DNA of 64,000 nt, taken from NCBI GenBank assembly GCA_964499705.1, contig CAZCME010000022.1:1-64000 (forward strand), given 5' to 3'. The DNA is from an uncultured bacterium. GTDB taxonomy: Bacteria; UBA8481. Shown here piece by piece: positions 50,501 through 62,500 of the stretch. Each line of letters opens with the position of its first letter. Position 1 is the first letter of the stretch. The translations under genes were made by a program, and so were the position numbers. The notes under the pieces were generated by a model. It was not told where the DNA came from. It worked only from the letters and a program-made list of their open reading frames with translations, and made no database searches.

Positions 50501-53500
50501 TACTTGGACCGGCGTGACGACCAAGCTAAATGTGACCAACGGCTTCTATGTGGACGCATCGTCCGGCAATTCCATAGCGAACTCCATCATCTCCAACAAC
50601 AGCTTCCACGGCGTTCAGGTCGCGACCTCCGGCGGATCGCACACGCTCGCCGGTAACAGGATCGAGAACAACGGCTCGAAGGGAATCGATATCGCATCAA
50701 GCATCACCGGGCTCCGAATCGTCGGCAATTCGATCAAGAACAGCAACAGCTTCGGCGTCGACCTCGGCAACGGAGCCAACGACAATTACTTCGCCCAGAA
50801 CGTCTTCGACTCCAACGGCAACTACGCGATCAACTTCCAGGCCGGAGCGTTCAACTCCGACACGTTCCACAAGAACACGTTCGTTTTCGGATCGGCGAAC
50901 CCGGAGTCCGGCGTCTACTACACCGGCGGCACTCTGCTGGACTTCACCCGCAACTTCTGGAGCGTGACGGACTCAGCCGCGGTGAGGGGCAAGTTCTTCG
51001 TCGGCGGATCGAACTTCCAGCATATTCCCTTCCTTCTCCGGCGGACCGACTCCACGGTCGGCGGGGACTCCGTCGCGCCGAAGGCTCCGGACACGGTTGT
51101 CGCGACGTCGCTCGGAGCGGGACAGGTCCGGGTGCAATGGGCGCTGCCGACTCTCGACGAGGAGCAATCCGGCGTCGCGTTCAACGTCTCCACTTTCCGA
51201 ATCTACCGCGCGACGGCGCCGGACTCGAACAACTGGATCCTGCGCGCGCAGCAGGGATCGGGTTCGCAGACGTTCATCGACTCGGGCGTTAATAACGGTG
51301 ACACGAAGTACTACCGGATCACTTCCTCGGATAACGCGACGCCGTATCCGAACGAATCGTTCTTCTCCGACTCCAAGCCCCTCGGCGTCAATTACTCCCT
51401 CCCGACTGATTCCTCGCCACCCCCGGGCGCAACCGGACAGTACGACACGACGGCAACGGGCGCGATCGGCTCCGACACCGGCATCGTCTTCGGACAAGGA
51501 AACGCGGACACGCTGAACATGACGTTCACCGGACCTGCGGGCGGCGATACCTGGAACGTGAAAATCCCGTTCAGGGACGGCGACACGGGCGGCTCGTTCC
51601 GCGCGCGTCGTGTTAATGACGCCGAGATTGCGGCGTCGGACACGAAGCGGATCCGCGGCTTCGCCTACGGCAACGGCGCCCGCTTCGACGTCACGGTCTA
51701 CGATTCACAGGGCCAGAGGCTGACAGCCGCCTACTGGAACCAGGCAGGCGAATCGCCCGTCCTGCGGTATTTCACGGCCGGGACGAACCTGAATCCCAAC
51801 CGGACGGCCTTCTTCTGGTTGAATCCCGCGGATAGCAAGTGGTATGACGTCGCCGACGTCGACTCCGGCATGACGAATGACGTGTATCTCCGGACGCCGG
51901 AAAGCTTCTCGATCCGGATCGACCACTTCACGCACTTCTTCCCGGGCGAAGGATTGGTGGATACGGTCTCGATCCTGCCGGCAGACACGACGACGATCCG
52001 GAATCACGGCCGCAACGAATTGAACGTGACGGTGCTCGCGCTATCGATCTTCGGAGACACGACGAACGGCGACACGCTTACGCTGTTCGAGATCACGAAC
52101 ACGGGCAACGTCGATTCCAACAAGGTGTCGAACGTCCGCCTTGCGCGTGACGCAAATCAGAACAACCGGTTCGATACGGGAATCGATACGGTGGTCACAA
52201 ACCTCCCCAACGTCATATCGTCGTTCGCGACGTGGCGGCAGGCCGGAATAAACTATGCGATCGCCGGGACCGGCGATTCATTCGTCGTGGCGCTCGACAT
52301 CGGCGCCACCGCCCAGAACCTCGATACCTTCCAGGCCAAGATCGCGGCCTTCACGATCAAGACCACGGACGAGGATACCGGGCCGCTCGTCGATAAGATC
52401 AACCAGGGTTACGTCCGCGTCATCGACGCCAGCGGCCCGAATATCTGGTATGTAAACGACCTCTCCACGGTCGGCGACTCCTTCACGTCGGCCGTCGGCG
52501 ATTCGGCCAACAACGGGCTCGGCGCCAATTCGCCCAAGAGGTTCCTGACGTACTTCGACGAGCAATTGACGCCCGGCGACACAATTCTCATCGACTCGGG
52601 CACGTTCACGGAGGGCGACACGATCACCTACGCGACGAACAGCATCTGGATGATCGGCGTCGACTCGCTATCGACGATCATCGACTTCAACGACGTAACG
52701 CCGGCGAATGCGCGGGCGGTCTACTTCAACAACTCCATCGGCTCGATCGCTAGGAACTTCAAGGTCTATCGATCCGGCCTCGGTGTCGCTCTGAACAATT
52801 CCGACTCCACGCTCGTCTCCTTCGTCGCCGTCGATTCGCACGCATCCTCCGGGATCATTGTCCTGAACACTTCCGACGCCGCGATTCTCCAGGATAACCG
52901 CATCACGAACGGAAACTCCGTCGGCATCCACGTCGACGGCACTAACAACGTGACGATCCGCAGGAACACCGTGACGGGCATGGCCTCCGACGCCATCTTC
53001 TTCGTCACCGGCACCGGCAACACCATCGTCAACAACGTCGTCACGCGGAACGCGTCGCACGGCATCACGTTCCAGTCGGGCGTCGGGTCCAGTTACATCG
53101 AGAGCAACGTCATCACGCTGAATACGCTCAGCGGCCTGAACCTCTCGACTTCAAACAACTTCAACTTCGTCTTCTCGAACCTCTTCGGCAACAACGGCCA
53201 GTATGGAGTCAACATCGGAAGCGCTTCGAACGACAACTACTTCGCTCAGAACCACTTCGATTCCAACGGCACCTATGCGCTCTTTTTCGCGGCCGGCGGC
53301 ACAAGCCGCGACACGTTCGAGAAGAACGTCTTCACGTTCTCGTCGCAATTCCCCGATTCGGCGATCTTCACAAACATCGGTAATCCGATGAAACTCTCGA
53401 GAAACTGGTGGTCGTCAACCGATTCCGTCGTGATCCGGAACCGGTTCTTCGGATCCGGCGTCACGGGAATCACGTATATTCCCTATCTCCTCTCCCGCCC

Positions 53501-56500
53501 CGACACCGTTCTCGGCTCCGATACAATCGCTCCGCGCGCGCCGGATACCGTAACGGCATCGATCCTCGATTCGGCGACGCTCCTCATCAAGTGGGCAAGG
53601 GTAACGCAGGACGAGGATTCCTCGCCGTTCTCCGTTAATCTCTCGGGATACAGGCTCTTCCGGTCCCAGATCTTCGACACCTCTCTCTGGGTCCAGCGCG
53701 CGCAGCTCTCCAGTTCGACGGATACCTACATCGACACGGGTCTCGTAGCGGACACGACCTACTACTACCGCGTGACGGCGTTCGATGGATCGACGCCGTT
53801 CGAAAATACCTCCTTCTTCTCCGATTCGATCGCGTCCGCAACACCGGGGATCGACACGACCGGACCGAACAACTGGTATGTGAATGACAATGACACGACG
53901 GGCGACGTCTACGCGACCGCATTCGGCGATACGGCCAACAGCGGAACATTGCCGACGAAACCGAAGAGGTATCTGAACCAGATCGAAGCGTTCCTCACGG
54001 CGGGCGACACGGTGTACGTGGACTCAGGAACGTATCAGGAGAACGATTCGTTCTGCATTTCCCAGATGGGAGTAAGGCTCATCGGTAAGGATTCGGCGTC
54101 AACGATCGTCCGGTTCGTCGCGCCGAGCCTGGACTCGTCGATCAGCATCCTGGGCGCCGCGAACGTGACGATCCGGGATCTGAAGGTGGAAGGCGGGCAA
54201 TACGGCATTTACTTGAACAGCGCCGTCGGCGCGACGATCCTCCGGGTCTGGGCCGATACGACAGCGCCCCTTACAGGGAACCACGGGTTCCACATCTTCA
54301 ACAACAGCACGGATAATTTCATCTCGAATTGCGTGGCGCGTGGTTCCTACGGCGTCGGATTCCGCATCGGGTCGAACTCGCACCGGAACACGTTGGTCGG
54401 AAACCTGGTATTCAACACCCAGGTCAGTTCTCCCGGCTTCGGAATCTTCGCCAACTGCGATTCATTAGTCCTCGACAACAACGTCTCCCGAAACAATTCC
54501 CAGTCCGGATTCCAGATCGACGATGCCGCATCCGGCACCGGCGGTTGCGACACGATTCACATGAGCGGCAATACGATCGAGAATAACAACGGGAGCGGCA
54601 TCGATTTCTTCGGTTCGTTCCAGAACCATACGGACGGATATATCCGGAACAACGACATCCGTAACAACAGCTCTGACGGCATCAACATCGGCGGCGTCAA
54701 ACGCTCGGTCTTCATCCAGAACCGGCTCGATTCGAACGCTCAATGGCAGATCACCTTCACGGACGGGACGCTCGATACGTTTACGCGAAATAACATCCTG
54801 CCCAGCCCCACTCGTCCCGATTCCGGCTTCAGGAACACGTTCTCCGGCAACCTCACCGCCACAAGGAACTGGTGGGGGACGATTGATTCTGTGGCTGTCA
54901 AGGCCAAGATCGGAGGCTCCGCGCGGGACTCGATCATCTATATTCCGTACCGCCTTGATGTCGCCGATTCGGCCTCCGGCGCCGACACGGTCGCTCCGAA
55001 GGCGCCAGACACCGTCGCAGCCCAGGCGCTAGGCGCGGGCGAGAACCGGATCACGTGGGCGATCTCGACGACGGAAGAAGATCCGAGCGGCGTGGGTTTC
55101 AACGTCAGCTCGTACCGAATCTATTCTTCCAACGCCATCGATTCGAACAACTGGTTCCTGCGGGGAACGGTCGGAACGACGAACCAGATGTATATCGACT
55201 CGAACGTCGCGCCTGGGGACACAAAGTTTTACCGCGTCTCCTCCGGTGACAACGCGACATACGTGAACTATTCGTTCTTCTCCGACTCGCAGCCTTCGGC
55301 CATCCTGAATCACGTCGTCGTCGATAGCGCGACCCCGGCCGGAATCACCGGGCAGTACGACACGACTGCCAGGGGCGTGGTTGACCAGGAGACGGGCTTT
55401 GAGTTCGGACAGGGCAATGCGGATACCCTGCAGCTCACCTTTACGGACGCGGGCGGCAACGACACCTGGATCATCCTTGTTCCCTTCGCCGCGGACACAG
55501 GTGGCGCGGTGCGGGCCCGCAGAATCAACAACGCGGAGATGGCGACGTCCGACACATCGCGGATCCGCGGCCGAATTTACGGCGACGGCGCGCGATTCGA
55601 TGTGACGCAGTACGACTCGCAGGGCATAAAACGGAACAACGCGTACTGGACTCAGTTGGGCGAATCGCCGGTTCTGCGGTACTTCACGAGCGGCACGGCC
55701 TTGAACCCGAACCGGACGGCATTCTTCTGGCTGAATCCGGTGGACTCCAAGTGGTATGATGTGAGAGATCCGGATTCCGGCATCACGAACGACGTCTACA
55801 TCCGGACGCCCGACAGCTTCTCGATCCGCGTCAACCACTTCACGCACTTTTTCCCGGGCGAGGGGTTGGTGGACACGGTCTCCATCGTGACGCACGACAC
55901 GACGTCGTTCGATAATGCCGCGCGCGGGGAGCCGATGGTCACCATCATGGCGCTCTCGATCTTCGGCGATACGACCCTCGGGGACACGATCACGCAGTTC
56001 GAGATCTCGAGCGCGGGCAATGTGGACACAAACAAACTGCAATTCGTCCAGCTCGCCCGTGACGCGAACCAGAACAACCGATTCGACACCGGCATCGACA
56101 CGATCGTCGCGAGCATCTCGTCCGTGGCCCAGACCCGCGCAACCTGGCGAGCCTCGGCGATCTCCGTGACTCTCGGTGGATCCGGCGAATCCTTCGTTGT
56201 GATCGGGGACATCGGAGCGGGCGCCGCGAATCTCGACACGTTCCAGGCGAAGATCACGGCCTACACGATCAAGACGTTCGACGAGGAGACCGGACCTTCG
56301 TTGACGTTCACCAACTCGGGATTCATCACCATCATCGACACGAACGGCGCGAACATCTGGTATGTCAACGACGGCTCGACGGTCGGCGATTCGTTCACAT
56401 CCGCAATCGGAGATACATTGAACAACGGCCTCGGGATCAATTCGCCGAAGCGTTTCATCAACCAGGTGGAGCCGTTCCTGACGGCGGGAGACACGATCTA

Positions 56501-59500
56501 CGTAGACTCGGGAACGTATCAGGAAAACGACACGGTCACGCTCAACGGAGCGGGAATCGCGCTGATCGGCATCGATTCGCAGACGTCGATCATCGACTTC
56601 AACGATCTTGGCGCGGCCAATGCCCGGTCGATCCAGGTCTTGAACTCCGTCAACGTAACGATCCGCAACCTCCGGGTCTACCGTTCCCGCAACGCCTTCA
56701 CGCTCGAAAACGCGGACACGGCGACGATCTCGCAAGTAACGATGGATTCGCATTCCAACTCGGGCGTCAGCCTCCAGAACGGATCGGATAATGTCGTTAT
56801 CACGGACAATCTGATCACGAACGGAAACTCCACAGGAATCTACGTCGACGCCAGCTTCTTCGCCACCATCCGCCGGAACACGATCCGGGGCATGGGGTCG
56901 GACCAGATCCTCGTCGTCTCCGGCGATGGCGCCACTCTCACGAACAACGTCGTGACCCAGGGCGCGTCGCATGGCATCACGCTTCAAGCGGGAGTCGGGG
57001 CGTTCGAGATCAGCAGGAATATTGTCACCTTGAACGGCATCGACGGAATTAACCTGAACAGTTCGAATTCTTCCAACCGCGTTTTCGGGAATTTGTTGGG
57101 GAACAACGGTCGGTACGGCGTGAACATCGGCAACGGTGCGAGCGACAACCTCTTCGCGCAGAACCATTTCGACTCCAACGCGAGCTACGCAATCTTCTTT
57201 GCCGCGGGCGGCACGCTGCGCGACACATTCGAGAAGAATATCTTCACGTTCGCGGCGCAGAATCCGGATTCCGCGGTCTTCACAAACATCGGCAACCCGA
57301 TGCGGTACATCCGGAACTGGTGGAGCACGACCGACTCGGCGCAGATCAAGAACCGGTTCTTCGGCTCGGGCATCACCGGCATCACGCACATTCCGTTCCT
57401 TCTCTCCGCGCCCGACACGAACATCGGCGCCGACACGATCGCGCCGAAGGCGCCGGACACGGTTGTCGCGATTGCGACCGATTCGACGAAGGTCACGATC
57501 ACGTGGACAAACGTGACGCTTTCGGAAGAGTCCGAGACCTCGATCGACGGCGGAGGTTATCGGGTCTACAGGGCGCTGGCGGCGGATTCGAACTTCTACT
57601 TCCTCCGCGGCGCCACGAGCGGCGGAGGACAATCGTACATCGATTCCGGACTCACCCCCGGCCAGACATTCTTCTATCGCGTGACAACATTCGATACGCA
57701 CATTCCCGAGAACCAGAGCTTCTACTCCGACTCGCAGCCATCGGCGACGACAGCGAATGGCGGCGTGATTCTCTCGCCGGGCAGCCAGAACCCAGGACCG
57801 ATACATCGTCAGGCAACTTTCGGAACCGACTCCGCCGTAGCGGCGCTATCGATCACCGGCGCGCCCGTGGACACGATTACGTTCGTCTCCGTCCGATTGA
57901 TCGGCGCGACGGCGATCACTGACGTGGACTCGGTGATCTTCTACCGCGACGGCAATAAGAACGCGCAGTTCGAGTCGAACCAGGACACCCTGATCCAGTA
58001 TGTTTCGGTCGCCATCGTCGACACGTGGTACGATCCGGCTGGCGGGATCTCGCTCAACGGGAGCGACTCCTTCCTCATCGTCGTCGCTTTCGAGGACACG
58101 GCCAGCTTCGCCGATACGTTCACAGTCACGATTCCCGCAGGAGGATTCAGCCTCGTCAACGCCGGTCCCGTCCCAGCCGCGCCTCTGAATATGGCTGGAA
58201 TCTGGACGGTCTCGGCCGGCGTCGATACATCGATCGCCAACATCTGGTATGTGAACGACAACGCTACGACGGGCGACAGCTTCACGTCCGCCGTCGGAGC
58301 GGACTATTACAATGGCCTCACGATCCAGACACCGAAGCGGAACATCACGATGGTGACGCCGTTCCTCACGCCCGGCGATACGATCTTCATTGATGCCGGT
58401 CTCTTCGATTCGATCGTGACGATCGCGCCGAGCGAGACCGCCGCCATCCATATCGATACGGACTACGTCTTTGTCGTCGGCAAGGATTCGCTCTCTACGA
58501 TCATCGATCCCTTAGGATCGGTAGCGACGACAAACCTCAACGGCATCTATGCGGATACCGTGATCGGTCTGACCATCAGAAACCTGGCGGTCACCGGCGC
58601 CAGCAATGGCATCAACCTCTATAATATCGACTCATCCCTGATTGAAGGCGACAGCGCCAGTTCCACGGGTTCGCGCGGCATATGGCTCCGGGCCGGATCA
58701 GACAACGGCATCATCAGGAGCAATATCGCCAATCTGAACTCCAGCAGCGGCATCGAGATCGACGCTTCGAGCAATAACACGGTCTCCGGCAATTCTACCG
58801 CCTCAAATTCGCTCCATGGAATCATCGTCATCTCAGGCGGCACAGGCAACACCATCACCGGAAACGCCTCTCAGTTAAACGGTCAATCCGGAATCACAGT
58901 CCAGAGCACGAACGGCCACTTCATTACCGGCAATACGTCGATCCTCAATACAAGTCATGGAGTGCAACTCGTCACATCCGACGCCAATTTCGTGATCAAC
59001 AACCTCCTGGCATCCAACTCGAGCGCCGGCGTCCGGCTCGATGCCGGCGCCAACGCGAATCGCATCCATCAGAACGAGATCGTGGGCAACGAAACGGGGG
59101 TGCAGATCGTTTCGAGCGCGACCGGCAACACCATCACGAAGAACAACATCCGAGGCAACAGCATTTACAACCTCCTGAACCTCGCGACGACAAGCGACAC
59201 GATCACGCGGAACTGGTGGGGTTCGGCGGACACGACCGTCATAGCGGCTAAGATCGGCGATACTAACAATACATTCACGCCGTTCCGGATCGGGATCGTC
59301 GACACGGCGGCACTCGCGGACACGGTCGCGCCGAAGGCGCCGGATACAGTGACGGCGACGGCGACCGACTCCACACGGATCCGGATCGATTGGACCGATC
59401 CGATCCTGACTACCGAAGAGACGGAGACGTCGGTCAATTTCCTGCTTTACCGCGTCTATCGAGCCACAACTGCCGACTCCGCGACCTGGAATTATCGCGG

Positions 59501-62500
59501 CGGCTCTGTCTCCGGAACTTTCACGGACTCCGGGCTCTCCCAGGGCTCCAGCTTCTTCTACCGCGTCACTTCGGTCGACAATCATACGCCTTACGAGAAC
59601 CAGAGCTTCTACTCCGATTCGACCCCGTCGGCGACGACGCCGACAGCTTCAATCCTCGCGGCGGCGTTGATGCCGCAACCGGGGCCGATTCACCGCGCCT
59701 CAACCGGCACCGACTCGACGATCTTCGCAATCACGATCTATGGAGCGAATCCGGACACGGTCGCCAGCATCACGCTCTCCTTACTGGGCTCGAACATCCC
59801 CGACTCCGATGTCGACACGGTCGCACTCTACCGCGACGGCAACCGAAACGGCCTCTTCGAATCGGCGCAGGACACCTTCGTCGCGAATCTGACGGCGGCG
59901 GGCAGCGGCAATTTCCTCGCGACGAATTCCTGCACGATCGCGGGCGTCGACTCGTTCGTCTTCGTCTTTGCCTTCGAGGATACGTCCTTCTTCACCGATA
60001 CCTTCACTGTCCGGCTGCCGGCGGGAGGCGTTGTGCTTTCGAACGCAGGCTCGGGTCCTGGATCGCCGATCAACCTTGCTGGGAATTGGACGGTCAACGC
60101 CGGCATCGACACCTCGATCGCGAATATCTGGTATGTGAACGACTCTGCGACCACCGGCGACTCGTTCACGTCCGCCGTCGGCGCGGACTATTACAACGGC
60201 CTCACGATCCAGACGCCGTTCCGAACAATCAATCAGGTCGAGCCGTTCCTCACCGCCGGCGACACAATCAAAGTCGACGGTGGGTTCTACTATGAGAACG
60301 ACACGATCACGATCAATCAGAACGGGGTGTTTCTGATCGGAATGGATTCGGTGAATACGGTGATTCGGTTTGATACGACCGGCACTGGAGGCGGACGAGC
60401 GATCTACGCCACGGGACAAACAAATCTGGTGCTCCGCGACTTCCGCGTGACGAACGGCCGTCGCGGTATCTGGTGGAACAATGTCGATCTCTCAGCGATC
60501 GAGCGGGTGCGCTCGGAGACGAATGGGCAGATCGGGATTGCGCTTCTGGGGAACAGCGACACGAACACGCTGACGTTGAACGCCAGTTCGGGGAACGGGA
60601 CCTACGGCATCTACCTTTTCAGCTCGTCGAGCAACAACACGCTGACGTCGAACACCAGCTCGGGGAACTCGATCGACGGCTTCTATTTGGATGCCTCATT
60701 GAACAATACGCTGACGTCGAATACCAGCTCGGGAAATTCCGGGTACGGCATCCTCCTCTTTTCCTCCTCGAACAACAACACACTGACGTCGAACACGTGC
60801 TCTGGGAATTCGAATTCTGGCATCGCCCTTTCTTCATCCTCGAATAACACACTGACGTCGAACACGAGCTCCGGAAATTCGAGTAGAGGAATCGATATTG
60901 CTTCGTCCTCGAACAACACACTGACATCGAACACTGTCGACTCGAACGCTTCTTGGGGCTTCTACATCAGCGGCACGTCGGTAACGGATACAATTAGCAA
61001 GAACAACTGGCGCGGACAACCGTCCGGCCCCGCCATCGATTCGGCGGCCTTCATCGATGTCGGCCTCGGTAAATTCGACTTCAAGCGGAACTGGTGGGAC
61101 ACGGCCGACTCGGGCGTGCTTCGAAGTCGCATCAATCCGGGATCGCGCGACTCCGTCACCTACTATCCCTTCCGCCTTGGCCTCGTCGACACCGCACCGC
61201 TCGCCGACACCGTCGCGCCGAAAGCGCCGGACACGGTGACGGCGACGGCGGTAGACTCGACACGGATCCGGATCGACTTCACAAACCCGATCGTGACGTC
61301 GGAAGAATCCGAGACGACGATCGGGTTCTCGACGCACCGCGTGTATCGTTCCAACACCGTCGATTCGACGAACTGGATCCTCCGCGGCGCGACGACGTCC
61401 GGAATGTACACCGACTCCGGATTGTCGCAGGGTGCGACTGCCTTCTACCGCGTAACCTCCGTCGACAATCATACGCCGACGGAAAACCAGAGCTTCTACT
61501 CCGACTCGATTCCGTCGGCGACGACGGCAACGGCGAGCGTCCTCGCGGCGGCGGCGATGCCGATCGCGGGGCCAATTCATCGCTCGTCTGTGGGACCAAC
61601 GGACTCGACGATCTTCGCGATCACGATCTCCGGAGCCAATCCCGACACTGTCGCCTCGATCACGCTCGCGCTTCTCGGATCCAACATCCCCGATTCCGAC
61701 GTGGACACGATTGCGATGTACCGCGACGGTAACCGGAACGGAATTTACGAGTCGAACCAGGACACATTCGTCGCCAATCTCACCGCGGGCGGCAGCAGCA
61801 ATTTCCTCGCGTCGAACTCCTGCACCATCGCGGGCGTGGACTCTTTCGTATTCACCTTCGCATTCGAAGACACGTCCTTCTTCACCGACACCTTCACTGT
61901 TCGCCTGCCGGCCGGAGGCGTCGTCCTCTCGAACGCGGGCACGGGGCCCGGCACACCGATCAACCTCGCAGGGAATTGGACTGTCAACGCGGGGATCGAC
62001 ACGAACGGCGCGAACAAATGGTATGTCAATGACACGTCCACGTCCGGCGACAGTTTCACGTCCCGCGAAGGCGCGTCCTACTGGTCCGGTCTCTCGTCGC
62101 AGACGCCGAAGCGGCACATTCATGAGGTGACGCCGTTCCTGACGTCCGGCGACACGATCATGATCGACGCCGGTTTGTACGAGTCCTACTCGATCATCGT
62201 CCTCGGCGTCGAATCCGCCGTCATCAAGATCGACACGGACGGTGTCTTCGTCATCGGCAGAGACTCCGCCATGACGATCATCGATCCCGACGGCACGAAC
62301 AGCACGGTCGGCCTCTACGGTCTCTACGCCGATACGCAGACGGGCCTCACGATCCGGAATATCGGTTTCACCGGCGCGTGGAACGGCATCAACTTCTACA
62401 ACGTCGACAGCTCGGTCATCTCAGGCGACAGCGTTCTCTCTTCGGGCGAGCACGGTATCCTCCTGCAGGAGGGTTCGGACACGAACACGGTCACGGCGAC

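Noticed and set aside
47535-62020. Near-identical repeats as diversity-generating retroelement TR/VR pairs
   Set aside because: All copies are in-frame parts of one ORF, differences are not visibly adenine-specific, and no reverse transcriptase gene is in the window.
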